From Escherichia phage MirsaeidiM_Esher4: a DNA stretch of 44,409 nucleotides. A program made the position numbers and the translations under genes. The notes under the pieces are model-generated. The model ran no database searches. It saw nothing but the letters and a program-made list of their open reading frames with translations, and was not told where the DNA came from. Below, in pieces: positions 25,428 to 34,818 of this stretch (position 1 is the first letter of the stretch; every line of letters starts with the position of its first letter). The stretch lies in the sequence record PQ579973.1; one strand, 5' to 3'.

Positions 25428-25657
25428 TTGGGCGTATGGGTTGTAGCTTCCGCGAAGACGGCAGCATTAAATATTATTTCAAGATTGCGTCAAATATAAC
25501 CGACGATGGGTGTTATGTAGAACTTTTCCCTTATAACTTTTGTGGACCCACTAAAATAGTTAAATTTTCTATAGAGGATATCCTTGATTGCAGTTTTTAC
25601 CGTAGCGAAGGAGAGTGGGTTAATGCGGTGCGTAGACAAAAGAAACCCCAACGCTAG
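25424..25657 (+). CDS. Hypothetical protein
   Basis: ATG overlapping upstream stop. Confidence 0.4.
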   Translation: MIGRMGCSFREDGSIKYYFKIASNITDDGCYVELFPYNFCGPTKIVKFSIEDILDCSFYRSEGEWVNAVRRQKKPQR

Positions 25658-25707
25658 AACGTCGGGGCCGAAGCATAAATCATCAAAGTAAGCACAAGGA
25701 TTATACA

Positions 25708-25836
25708 ATGACGAAGTTAATAGTTCCACAGCTACGCCGCCAGAAACACGGCGCTGATTTCTTCGCACCGGTAAAGATGAACCGCGCAATGCGCCGTATG
25801 CAGGAAGCCTTAGAACGTGCGGAGAAAAAGAAATGA
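25708..25836 (+). CDS. Small basic hypothetical protein (42 aa, below cutoff)
   Basis: ATG 25708; stop overlaps primase start (ATGA). Confidence 0.3.
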   Translation: MTKLIVPQLRRQKHGADFFAPVKMNRAMRRMQEALERAEKKK

Positions 25837-28094
25837 ATATTGTTTTTGCAACGCTGCGTAACACATTCGATAAAAACCCTGTAGCGCGTGAAATGCCGCT
25901 GGAGCAGTTCGTAGAGTATGTCTGTGATACATCGAAGCGTTTATCCGTGGACCCGTCGTGGACTAAGGAAGAGTACGACGCCGCCAAGATTAAACAGAAA
26001 GCTATCGCACCCGTTGGTGGTCGCCGTAAGAACGCGATTCTGGAAGACAGTGTGGTTAAGTTCGACTTTGACCATCTCAACCGTACTCAGTACCGCAACC
26101 TGACACGCAAATTTAAGAATGCGCCGTTCTTCAACATTCTGCATACAACGGCGTCACACCGGCACGCGTGCAAAAACGGGGATTACGCCTTCCGCGTTCT
26201 GGTTCCGGCTCGCACGCCGTTTAACTCTAACGATGCGTGGATGGTGCAACGTGCTATTTGTGCCGAGTTAGAAATAGACGAAGCATTGCGCGACCACTGC
26301 ACGGAAGACGGCAATCGCCTTATCTACCTGCCGCATAAAGAGTCAAAGATAACGGTTACAGAAGGGCGGGTTATCCGTGCTGAGCGGTACATCAAGAAAG
26401 CCGAAGAGATGGGATTGCGTAAGCGTGAAGCTAAGACGCTTGCTGCCGATGAGCACGGGCTTAACGCAGATATAGCCCATTTCTGCGAAGCTGAGTTAGG
26501 TCTTGACGCTCTATCTTCCGGCCGCGGGTACGAAGTACCATGTCCGAACGAACACCTGCACACCGGAAAAGGTTCCACCAGCATTATGCTTGACGGTAAA
26601 GAAGTGCGCTTCGTGTGCCAGCACACAAACAACGGCGCTTGCACTGAACTTAACCGTCGACAACATTTGGCCTTGCGTATGTGCGGGCTGCCAGACGAGC
26701 TTAACGTAGACAAGCAACCTATCAGTATTAACAGCATTCGTGCGGCTTTGCCGGATTTACCGGACGAAGAGATTGAGGAATTGCACCGCACAGAGAACGA
26801 AGAGCCTGTAACTTGCACTCTGGAAGACCTTGAAGACGAGCCGGAAGTAGAAAAAGAACCTGCTTACTCCGTCGTAGACGGCCTTATGCAGACTAATGAA
26901 TCCTTCTACATTTGCGCAAAGTCCCACACTGGTAAGTCAACATTTAGTATGGCGATTGACGCCGCTATTGCCGCTGAAAAAAGATATGCGTTCGGCGGGG
27001 CTGAGGTCGCAGAAGGACATGCGTTCATTTTTGCGGGTGAAGGTGCGCAGTCGTTCGAGCGACATAAAAAGTCTTTGCAGATTGCCCTCGGGGATAGCCT
27101 GGACCGCTTGCACATTATCGATTGTGTCGCCGATGGGTGTAATTTACTTGATGAGGCGTGGCGCCGCCAGGCGGTGAGAATGATGCGCCGTGTTGCCGGT
27201 GAAGAGAAAATTGTAAAGGTTACGTTTGATACCCTACAAACTTGCATACCGGGCTTCGACGAAAACGATAACAGGTCGATGAAAGAAGCGGCGCAGGCGC
27301 TTAACGAAATAGCGGCAACGCTTAACGCTGCGGTCGGCGCTATGGTGCACCCGACTAAAAACATCGACGAAACTGTGCCGTCTGAAAACGGCATGATGCC
27401 GAAGGGTGGAAGTGATTTTCACAACTCCATCGATAACGGGATGTTCCTGCATAAACCAGACAACGACAATAACTTAGAGATAAACCTGTATCACATAAAG
27501 AACCGAAATGGAGAACGGCAGAAAGCCAGAGGATTCGTAATACAGAAGATTAAGATAGCGGAGCCGCCGGAAAAGAAAGAACCAACTCACAACTTCATGG
27601 GGCTTCCGGAAGGGTATAGCAGTGATGATGTGCGCGATTTTGACGCGGGAAATCCGCATATTGATGTCTTTGTCAACTTCAACGCCTTCTCTGTCTTTGT
27701 GAAGAAAGTAGAAGGTATGACTGACGAACAGAAGGAAGCCGTTAAAGAAAAGGTAGGCCAGTTCGAGAAACTGGATTCCAAAGAGGCTACGGTTATTTAC
27801 GCATTAGGTAAATTGCAGGAGCAAGGCGACGACAAGCGAGGGTTCTCTATGTCAGCTATCGTCAAAGCGGCGAAAGAAGATAGTTACGGCGTACCGATTA
27901 ACGCTAATAACGACCTTCGAAAGAAACTGGAAGAGATGCACGAGGCGGGGGTTATCGTCTCTGGGCTGGATAACAACAACAGGCCCATCCCTAAGCAATA
28001 CAGGTTGCCGTGGGGTATAAACGACAACAAAATTCCTAAGACAATATACGAACCGAATGAAATGCTGACAGTGACAGAGGAGGATTTGGAATAG
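25833..28094 (+). CDS. Primase/helicase-like replication protein (zinc-binding region plus RecA/DnaB-like P-loop ATPase)
   Basis: Cys/His cluster CPNEHLHTGKG...CQHTNNGAC; Walker A SHTGKSTFSMAIDAA; 753 aa. Confidence 0.65.
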   Translation: MNIVFATLRNTFDKNPVAREMPLEQFVEYVCDTSKRLSVDPSWTKEEYDAAKIKQKAIAPVGGRRKNAILEDSVVKFDFDHLNRTQYRNLTRKFKNAPFFNILHTTASHRHACKNGDYAFRVLVPARTPFNSNDAWMVQRAICAELEIDEALRDHCTEDGNRLIYLPHKESKITVTEGRVIRAERYIKKAEEMGLRKREAKTLAADEHGLNADIAHFCEAELGLDALSSGRGYEVPCPNEHLHTGKGSTSIMLDGKEVRFVCQHTNNGACTELNRRQHLALRMCGLPDELNVDKQPISINSIRAALPDLPDEEIEELHRTENEEPVTCTLEDLEDEPEVEKEPAYSVVDGLMQTNESFYICAKSHTGKSTFSMAIDAAIAAEKRYAFGGAEVAEGHAFIFAGEGAQSFERHKKSLQIALGDSLDRLHIIDCVADGCNLLDEAWRRQAVRMMRRVAGEEKIVKVTFDTLQTCIPGFDENDNRSMKEAAQALNEIAATLNAAVGAMVHPTKNIDETVPSENGMMPKGGSDFHNSIDNGMFLHKPDNDNNLEINLYHIKNRNGERQKARGFVIQKIKIAEPPEKKEPTHNFMGLPEGYSSDDVRDFDAGNPHIDVFVNFNAFSVFVKKVEGMTDEQKEAVKEKVGQFEKLDSKEATVIYALGKLQEQGDDKRGFSMSAIVKAAKEDSYGVPINANNDLRKKLEEMHEAGVIVSGLDNNNRPIPKQYRLPWGINDNKIPKTIYEPNEMLTVTEEDLE

Positions 28095-28103
28095 GTAAAA
28101 ATA

Positions 28104-28122
28104 AAGGGGCGTTAAGCCCCTT
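28104..28122. terminator. Bidirectional terminator hairpin
   Basis: AGGGGC-GTTAA-GCCCCT between convergent primase and repressor genes. Confidence 0.5.
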
Positions 28123-28327
28123 CACCGAACGCCAGCCACTTGGCGTCTACTTCAAGCACTTCCGCCAGTTTAAACAGCGTCGCCGGGCGGACGTCCTGAG
28201 TTACACCGAGTGCAAGCTGGTTAATTGCGCCTTGGGAAACACCGGCCAGGACAGCCAGATGGCGCTGGGAGATACCGAGTTCTTTACGGCGTTGCTCTAC
28301 ACGGATACCTAGTTCAGATGGTTGCAT
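28112..28327 (-). CDS. XRE-family HTH transcriptional regulator (Cro/CI-like)
   Basis: Signature ISQRHLAVLAGVSQGAINQLALG; divergent from operator-containing promoters. Confidence 0.75.
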   Translation of the reverse strand: MQPSELGIRVEQRRKELGISQRHLAVLAGVSQGAINQLALGVTQDVRPATLFKLAEVLEVDAKWLAFGEGA

Positions 28328-28354
28328 GCCAATTACTCCTTAGTCAGTTGATAT

Positions 28355-28420
28355 GTGAATAGTACCATATTAATTATTTTAGAAAAGCCCATTGACAAGT
28401 GAATAGTTCGCTATTATAGT
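28355..28420. promoter_or_regulatory. Divergent promoter region with two operator copies (TTGACA-N17-TATAGT rightward; leftward regulator promoter)
   Basis: Operators GTGAATAGTACCATATTAAT (28355-28374) and GTGAATAGTTCGCTATTATAG (28399-28419); TTGACA at 28392-28397. Confidence 0.55.
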
Positions 28421-28451
28421 TAGCCCATACCAAACGAGAGGAGAGAAACAA

Positions 28452-28973
28452 ATGTTAGAGAAATTCTTGGTATTACTGGAACGTTTCGTAGTCGCCCACG
28501 AACTGATTGCTGCAAACAGTGTGAAACAACCGACTAGCAAATCTGTAGGTGAATTGACTGTTGACGTCGCGGTAACTGGGGTAGAGACAGTTAAAAAAGA
28601 ACTGGCTAAAGCACTTGAAGAAGTCGAGAAGGCGAAAGAAATCCCGGTTGAAGGTGAAGACATCGTCGACACTAAACCAGCAGAAGAAGAGAAGCCGAAG
28701 CGCAAGCCGCGTAAGGACAAAGTAGAGGAACCAACGCCAGAGCCGGAAGAAGAGAAAGAAGAAGTCGATTACCAGTCTCTGCGCGACCAGATTCAGGCTA
28801 TCGACGATGCGATTAACGAAGGCCCAAGCGATGCCGCGTGCGACGATTCTGACGAACTGCTGGAAGAGTTTACCGGTAAGAAGATGAAGATTGCAGCGAT
28901 TAAAGACGAAGACCTGGCTGAGTATCTGGAGCGCCTGACAGCAATCAAGAACAAGTATTTCGAAGAAGAATAA
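28452..28973 (+). CDS. Highly acidic early protein of unknown function
   Basis: Strong RBS AGAGGAGAGAAACAA; Glu/Asp/Lys-rich sequence; first gene from operator-controlled promoter. Confidence 0.5.
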   Translation: MLEKFLVLLERFVVAHELIAANSVKQPTSKSVGELTVDVAVTGVETVKKELAKALEEVEKAKEIPVEGEDIVDTKPAEEEKPKRKPRKDKVEEPTPEPEEEKEEVDYQSLRDQIQAIDDAINEGPSDAACDDSDELLEEFTGKKMKIAAIKDEDLAEYLERLTAIKNKYFEEE

Positions 28974-28978
28974 CTATC

Positions 28979-29000
28979 CCGCGGCCTTCGGGCCGCTTTA
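28979..29000 (+). terminator. Terminator-like hairpin
   Basis: GCGGCC-TTCG-GGCCGC followed by TTTAACT. Confidence 0.4.
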
Positions 29001-29016
29001 ACTGAGGGTCGGGATT

Positions 29017-29289
29017 ATGATTTACCAACTATACCGCGCCGTTGACCGGCGGGATACCACAGAGGCGCTATGGTTATTGCGTGCGCCGTCCGGTGCACAC
29101 CAGATGGAAGAGATGGCGTACTTAGGCAAAGTACCGCTGTCTAAAGATATAGGCCGTCACGTGTCGCAGATTAAGCGCACGACATTCGCCAAGCCTGACT
29201 TTTATGTCTTTGAGTCGATGTACAGCTGGGCTATGCACTGCGACCATAAGACACGACATTTAATTGACCAGTGGGAGATCAGGGTATGA
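29017..29289 (+). CDS. Hypothetical protein
   Basis: Track ORF; ATGA-coupled to next gene. Confidence 0.4.
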   Translation: MIYQLYRAVDRRDTTEALWLLRAPSGAHQMEEMAYLGKVPLSKDIGRHVSQIKRTTFAKPDFYVFESMYSWAMHCDHKTRHLIDQWEIRV

Positions 29290-30536
29290 TTTTAAAGGAA
29301 CGCGGCGGCAATAACGATGTGCACGCCTTACTGTCGCCGTCTGGCGCTAAAAAGTGGCTGGCGTGCAGTGCATCACTGGCCTGTGAGAAAGATATTCCCA
29401 ACACGTCTGGTAAAGCCGCCGTTACAGGGACTGCATGCCACACCATAGCGGAGATGCACCTTAACCAGTACATCAAAGGCACTGCTCTGCCATTAGAGCG
29501 TGAAGTTGGCGCTTATGTGCTGGATGAAGGTAAAGGCCAGATTAAGGCGCTAATCAGCCCAATGAAAGGCGCGGTACTGATTACGGCGGACATGATTGAG
29601 CAGGTGCGCAAGTACACCGACTACTGCAAAGCGATTATCGACGTAGCGACTTACGCTAAGCTGGAAATGCGCGTCAATCTTACTGAGGTGTTGCACCCAG
29701 GCTACGAAGGCGTTGAAACGTTCGGAACTGCTGACCTTGTTGCCGTACAGGAACTGGCAAACACCGACGAGCACATGCTCATTATTGGTGACCTGAAAAC
29801 AGGACGGCATCGCGTCGAAGCGAAAGAAAACAAGCAGCTTATGCTTTACGCTCTCGGTGTTTATCGCCGACTCAAGAGACGTTATAACATCACAGTAGCG
29901 CGCCTGGTCATCTTCCAGCCGTACGCGGGGGGTGCGTCGGAGTGGGATATCTCGGTCGAAGGTCTGGAACTGTTCGCTAAGTTCGCACAGAAACGGGCAC
30001 TGTTAGCGCTTGATGCTTATTTCCGTGGAAAGAAGAACCTGAAAGCGTCGGACTTTAAACCGTCGGTCGATGGTTGCCAGTGGTGCCGGTTCTCTGAACA
30101 GTGTGCCGCGCGTACAAAGACGGTTAATTCTGTACTGGCGGAAGAACTTGAAGACGACTTTGTGCTGGAACTGACGACGGAGCAACTCGTAGTTGAGTAT
30201 GAGAAGTTGCCGCTGTTACGCCAGCACATCGACAAGGTTGAGAAAGCGATGACCGCCGCATTGCATTCCGGTAAGAAAGTGCCGGGTTACAAGCTGGTTG
30301 AAGGCCGCCAGGGTAATCGTGCGTGGAAAGATGCCGATGCGATTGAAGTGTCACACGGCGACATTCTCAAAAAAGAGGTATTGATGACCCCTACGGAGGC
30401 AGCAAAAGTTCTTTCGGCGGATGAGATGGCAGCGCTTGAGCCGTTTATTACCCGTAAGCCAGGCGCACCATGTGTCGCAACGGCAGACGACAAACGTCCT
30501 GAGTGGAATCAGGTATCAGAGGAGGATTTGGAATGA
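29286..30536 (+). CDS. PD-(D/E)xK nuclease, Cas4/RecB-like (DUF2800-type)
   Basis: Motifs IGDLKTG, EAKENKQLMLYALG (ExK, QxxxY), C-terminal CQWCRFSEQC plus N-terminal Cys; start ATG 29286 with GGGAGA RBS. Confidence 0.7.
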   Translation: MILKERGGNNDVHALLSPSGAKKWLACSASLACEKDIPNTSGKAAVTGTACHTIAEMHLNQYIKGTALPLEREVGAYVLDEGKGQIKALISPMKGAVLITADMIEQVRKYTDYCKAIIDVATYAKLEMRVNLTEVLHPGYEGVETFGTADLVAVQELANTDEHMLIIGDLKTGRHRVEAKENKQLMLYALGVYRRLKRRYNITVARLVIFQPYAGGASEWDISVEGLELFAKFAQKRALLALDAYFRGKKNLKASDFKPSVDGCQWCRFSEQCAARTKTVNSVLAEELEDDFVLELTTEQLVVEYEKLPLLRQHIDKVEKAMTAALHSGKKVPGYKLVEGRQGNRAWKDADAIEVSHGDILKKEVLMTPTEAAKVLSADEMAALEPFITRKPGAPCVATADDKRPEWNQVSEEDLE

Positions 30537-31033
30537 GTTTAGTTCGGGAGCGTTTCATTTATGAAAACGGGAAACTAATCTATCGCCACAATACAAAAAG
30601 AATGTTAGCTGGTCAGGAGGCGGGAAGCCTCCACCATTCAGGGTATGTGCAGATATACATTAATTGTAAGTCCTACCAAAGAAGCCGTTTAATATGGGGG
30701 TACCACAACGGCCCTATACCTGAAGGGTTTGAGGTGGACCATATAAATGCGATAAGAAATGATGACAGGATAGAGAATCTCCAGTTAATCGCTCATAGCG
30801 ATAATGTGGCTAAAGGCGGCATTCAAACCGGAAGAAGTCATAACAAAAGCGGGTACACTGGCGTGTTCTGGCGCAAAAGCCACGGTAAATGGCAGGCTGG
30901 GATTACCGTAAACGGGCGATATCGTTACCTTGGACTATTCGAAACTCCTGAACAGGCTAACGTGGCAAGAAAGAATTTTGAAAGTAATTTGCTAAAAGAA
31001 GTTGACTACCGAATAGCGAACTATTATAGTTAA
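30533..31033 (+). CDS. HNH homing endonuclease with AP2 DNA-binding domain
   Basis: HNH motif GYHNGPIPEGFEVDHINAIRNDDRIENLQLIAHSDN; AP2-like SGYTGVFWRKSHGKWQAGITVNGRYRYLGLFETPEQA; AT-rich; start moved to ATG 30533. Confidence 0.8.
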   Translation: MSLVRERFIYENGKLIYRHNTKRMLAGQEAGSLHHSGYVQIYINCKSYQRSRLIWGYHNGPIPEGFEVDHINAIRNDDRIENLQLIAHSDNVAKGGIQTGRSHNKSGYTGVFWRKSHGKWQAGITVNGRYRYLGLFETPEQANVARKNFESNLLKEVDYRIANYYS

Positions 31034-31092
31034 ATCACTGGCCGGGCAGTTCCCGGAGTAACTTAAAATCTAAACTTAATGAGGGCTGAACT

Positions 31093-31719
31093 GTGGGACT
31101 GAAATTAAATCTGCGTAAAGTAAACACTGCATGGGTTAACGTATTCGAACGCGAAAAAGACCGTGAAAACGATGATGGCTCAATCACTAAAGGCCAGTAC
31201 AGCGCGACTATCATCCTGCCGTCTGACCACGCACAAATCGACGCGCTCTACGACACCGTTTACGCTGTGGTTGAAGAAGCGTTGGGCGCAGCTGCCGCTG
31301 AGAAGTGGATGAAGTCCAACTACGGCGAAGGTAAGCACATGGATAAATGTGCGATTAAAGACATTGCCGAGCGCGACAATCCGTTTGAAGACTTCCCGGA
31401 AGGCTTCTACTTCAAGGCGAAGGCACAGAAACAGCCACTGATTGTAACCTCTAAAAAAGGCGAGACTCAGGTAGAACAGGACTTCAATGTAGACGGCGAA
31501 CAGATTGAAGGTGAACAGGTTTACAGCGGCTGCGTCGCTAACGTAAGCGTTGAAATCTGGTTCAGCCAGAAATACAAAGTCCTCGGCGTTAACCTGCTGG
31601 CTATTAAATACGTTGGTGAAGGTAAAGCGTTTGGCGGTTCTAAAGTAGCCGCAAGCGTCGATGACCTTGAAGACGATGAAGAGGATGAAGCACCGCGCCG
31701 CGAACGTCGTCGCCGTTAA
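31093..31719 (+). CDS. DUF2815-like putative single-strand DNA-binding protein
   Basis: GTG start with GAGGG RBS; acidic stretch DDLEDDEEDE then basic tail; follows Cas4-like nuclease, a common pairing. Confidence 0.5.
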   Translation: MGLKLNLRKVNTAWVNVFEREKDRENDDGSITKGQYSATIILPSDHAQIDALYDTVYAVVEEALGAAAAEKWMKSNYGEGKHMDKCAIKDIAERDNPFEDFPEGFYFKAKAQKQPLIVTSKKGETQVEQDFNVDGEQIEGEQVYSGCVANVSVEIWFSQKYKVLGVNLLAIKYVGEGKAFGGSKVAASVDDLEDDEEDEAPRRERRRR

Positions 31720-31738
31720 TATCTGAATCAATTTAACT

Positions 31739-31764
31739 AAGGCCCTTCATTGGGCCTTTTTACT
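31739..31764 (+). terminator. Intrinsic terminator
   Basis: AGGCCC-TTCATT-GGGCCT followed by TTTTTAC. Confidence 0.6.
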
Positions 31765-31778
31765 AAGGGTCGAAAATA

Positions 31779-33959
31779 ATGAGTTACCTGTTCTTAGACT
31801 TTGAAACATTCTCCGAAGCCGATTTGAAGAAAGTCGGCTCCTACGCTTACGCCGAACATCCAACCACCGAAGTTCTAATCTGCACATATGCTTTTGACGA
31901 CGAGCCTGTGCAGGTATGGGATTGCACCAACGGCAGCGACATGCCGGGCGATTTGCACCGCGCGTTACGCCGTCTGGTGAAACCAAACAGCCGTATTAAG
32001 ATGGTGTGGCACAACGGCTCAATGTTCGACAGGCCCATCATGAAGCACTGCTGGGGTTTTGATATTCCCGTAAGCAACACCATTGATACGATGATTTGGG
32101 CGTTTCGTCACGCGCTGCCGGGTTCACTCGACGCATTGTGCGAAGTGCTTGGCGTGTCTGCAGACAACGCGAAAGACAAACGGGGCAAAGCGCTTATTCA
32201 GCGTTTCTCTAAACCGACGCCGAAGAACTACAAAATTCGCCGCTACACTGCTGAAACGCACCCGGATGAGTGGGCGCTGTTCATCAAGTACGCCGTTAGC
32301 GACATCACCGCGATGCGTGAAGTGTTCCATAAGTTGCCGCGTTGGGGTAACTCCGAGTTCGAAGACCGTGTACTGGAACTGGACCAGTTAATTAACGACC
32401 GCGGGTTTAGGGTCGACGTTGCGCTGGCGGAAGCCGCAATTGAAGCTGTGGAGAAACACAAGGCACAGTTACAGGAAGAAGCCCAACGTAAATACGGCGG
32501 CTCGCTTACCGGAAAGGACTTCCTTCCTATTCTGCGTGAACTCGCACCGGCGCACCGTATTCACAACGCACAGAAGTCTACGCTTAACGACCTGCTTGCT
32601 GACGATGATTTACCGGACGACGCCCGCACGATTATAGAAATGCGCCTCGGGGCGGCATCCACTGCGTCAACGAAATATAACCCGCTGCTGTTAGGTCGCT
32701 CGTCTGACGACCGCCGTCGCGGTTGCATCCAGTATGGTGGAGCTAAACGTACGTTACGATTTGCGGGTAAAGGCTTCCAGCCGCAGAACCTGGCGCGTGG
32801 GTACTATCACGATGATGAGCTGGATAAAGGTATTTCAGCATTACTTAAGGGCCGAGCACATCGCCGTTTTGATGTAGCCAAGCTAACGGCATCTACGGTT
32901 CGCAGCTGCATTATCCCGGAAGCCGGACATAAGTTTGTCGTTGCCGACTACTCGAACGTTGAAGGCCGCGGTTTGGCGTGGCTGGCTGGCGAAGAAACCG
33001 CGCTTGATACGTTCCGTGCCGGGCTGGATATTTACTGCGTAACCGCAGGCAAGATGTTCGGCATGGAGCCGGATTACATTAAGAAAGAACGTAAAGACTT
33101 ACGCCAGATTGGTAAGGCATGCGAACTTGGACTTGGCTACGCGGGTGGTGTCGGCGCATTCGTACAGTTCGCCAAGAACCTCGGCCTTGACCTTGTTGAT
33201 ATGACAAAAACAATGGACGGGACTTTCCCCGACCACATCTGGGCTGCTACCGCACGTGGATATGAGTGGGCGCGTATTCAGGAAGCCAAGCGACCACCAC
33301 GTCCAGGTGAAAATGATGACCGACCATCTTATATTCTTGATAAGAAAGTGTGGCGTACCTGCGACGCTATCAAGCGTATGTGGCGTGAGTCACACCCGGA
33401 AACAGTAGCTTTCTGGCGGGATATTGAAGACGCAGCTATGGCAGCTATCCGCAATCCGGGCAAAGAGTTCACCGCAGGTCCGCGCGGCGTTAAGTTTTCG
33501 CGTAACGTAGAAACAGACAACAACGGCAACAAAGTCGCTGGTTGGTGGTTGCGCATGACGCTGCCGTCAGGTCGCGTTATGTCTTATCCGGGTGTTGGGC
33601 TAAGCGTGTCGAAAGAGACAGACGAAGACGGGAAGGTGTCTACCAACGTGCGCATCAAGTACCAGGGCGAAAACCAGTTAACCCGTCAGTGGGGCTTCCA
33701 GTACACCTACTCTGGTAAACTGGTGGAAAACTGCACTCAGGCGCTGTGCCGTGATTTGTTGGCTAATGCACTGCTGAACGTCGAAGCAAACGGCTACCCG
33801 ATTGTGCTCCATGTTCACGATGAGATTATCTGCGAGACACCAGATTTACCAGAATACAATGTCGCAGAACTGGAACGATTGATGTGCGAATTACCAGAGT
33901 GGGCCGAGGGGTTCCCTCTTGTAGCAGAAGGCGCGGAGATGAAGCGTTATGCCAAGTAA
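31779..33959 (+). CDS. DNA polymerase, family A (3'-5' exonuclease plus polymerase domains)
   Basis: Exo motif FLDFETFS at N-terminus; polymerase motif HVHDEIICE near C-terminus; 726 aa. Confidence 0.9.
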   Translation: MSYLFLDFETFSEADLKKVGSYAYAEHPTTEVLICTYAFDDEPVQVWDCTNGSDMPGDLHRALRRLVKPNSRIKMVWHNGSMFDRPIMKHCWGFDIPVSNTIDTMIWAFRHALPGSLDALCEVLGVSADNAKDKRGKALIQRFSKPTPKNYKIRRYTAETHPDEWALFIKYAVSDITAMREVFHKLPRWGNSEFEDRVLELDQLINDRGFRVDVALAEAAIEAVEKHKAQLQEEAQRKYGGSLTGKDFLPILRELAPAHRIHNAQKSTLNDLLADDDLPDDARTIIEMRLGAASTASTKYNPLLLGRSSDDRRRGCIQYGGAKRTLRFAGKGFQPQNLARGYYHDDELDKGISALLKGRAHRRFDVAKLTASTVRSCIIPEAGHKFVVADYSNVEGRGLAWLAGEETALDTFRAGLDIYCVTAGKMFGMEPDYIKKERKDLRQIGKACELGLGYAGGVGAFVQFAKNLGLDLVDMTKTMDGTFPDHIWAATARGYEWARIQEAKRPPRPGENDDRPSYILDKKVWRTCDAIKRMWRESHPETVAFWRDIEDAAMAAIRNPGKEFTAGPRGVKFSRNVETDNNGNKVAGWWLRMTLPSGRVMSYPGVGLSVSKETDEDGKVSTNVRIKYQGENQLTRQWGFQYTYSGKLVENCTQALCRDLLANALLNVEANGYPIVLHVHDEIICETPDLPEYNVAELERLMCELPEWAEGFPLVAEGAEMKRYAK

Positions 33960-34080
33960 ACTGATTATCGCGGTACTGGCGGGATTTGCTGCCGGTGTCT
34001 ACTGTCACGAGGGTCAATACGGCATGATGGTTGCCATATTGGGCATGTTCATCGCAATTTATCTGTGGGTGCTGGAATGA
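33949..34080 (+). CDS. Small membrane protein (43 aa, below cutoff)
   Basis: ATG overlapping polymerase stop; two hydrophobic segments. Confidence 0.3.
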   Translation: MPSKLIIAVLAGFAAGVYCHEGQYGMMVAILGMFIAIYLWVLE

Positions 34081-34166
34081 AAATTTACTGGTTTTATGAA
34101 GAAGACTGTCGAATCTGCCCGCGCTGTGGTATTGAACATACGAAACGTGAGGGGTGCGTATTATGA
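34077..34166 (+). CDS. Small zinc-ribbon-like protein (29 aa, below cutoff)
   Basis: CRICPRCG plus C-terminal Cys; ATGA-coupled. Confidence 0.25.
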   Translation: MKIYWFYEEDCRICPRCGIEHTKREGCVL

Positions 34167-34315
34167 CAATGTTTGTATTTTGGACGATAGTAACCATGCT
34201 CGCGCTGTTACTCGGTGCGGGGATAGCCGCGATGTTCTGTTACGGCCTGTTCTTTAAGTTTGTCGGTGTCGCCGTTCTAGGAGGGGCTTTCCTTACTTGG
34301 GTTCTACGCTCATGA
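34163..34315 (+). CDS. Small membrane protein (50 aa, below cutoff)
   Basis: Two hydrophobic helices; ATGA-coupled at both ends. Confidence 0.3.
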   Translation: MTMFVFWTIVTMLALLLGAGIAAMFCYGLFFKFVGVAVLGGAFLTWVLRS

Positions 34316-34596
34316 CTAAAGAGGGCCGCGTACAGAAATACGCAAAAGACCGATTCGAGGCCCTTGGCGGCCTCGTTCGCAAACTCTCCTACGAGGGGCG
34401 TTCCGGCGCCCCAGACCTGCTGGTAATTCTCCCCGGCGGCATAGTCTGGTTCGTCGAGGTTAAGAAAGACGAGAACACGAAGCCAGACCCGCACCAGCTA
34501 CGGGAACATGAGCGGATGCGTAAACGTGGTGCGAATGTTTTTGTCGTTGGTTCGTTTAAACAGGTTGACGACCTAATAGCTAGCTATTATAGTTAG
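34312..34596 (+). CDS. VRR-NUC domain nuclease
   Basis: Segment GAPDLLVILPGGIVWFVEVKK matches the D...E.K core of VRR-NUC; start moved to ATG 34312. Confidence 0.55.
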   Translation: MTKEGRVQKYAKDRFEALGGLVRKLSYEGRSGAPDLLVILPGGIVWFVEVKKDENTKPDPHQLREHERMRKRGANVFVVGSFKQVDDLIASYYS

Positions 34597-34626
34597 TCCT
34601 ACACCAACAATATAAGGAATTGAGAA

Positions 34627-34818
34627 ATGAAACACGAATATGACCGCAAACCAGCACGTGACATCGTACCGGGTGACATGATTTTCAACGTTAAGACACG
34701 TCAACCTGTTGCCGTTGATACGGTGTACGTCGAGTCAAACGGTAAACTGGTTATCGAAGATGTAACCGGTAACGTTACGGCGTTCGGGCGTAAAGAGTTA
34801 GTTCTGGTGGCGAAATGA
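34627..34818 (+). CDS. Hypothetical protein
   Basis: Track ORF; ATGA-coupled to methyltransferase gene. Confidence 0.35.
   Translation: MKHEYDRKPARDIVPGDMIFNVKTRQPVAVDTVYVESNGKLVIEDVTGNVTAFGRKELVLVAK

Noticed and set aside
31180-31731. 183-aa minus-strand ORF opposite the SSB-like gene
   Set aside because: Antisense to a gene with RBS and recognisable features; no motifs.
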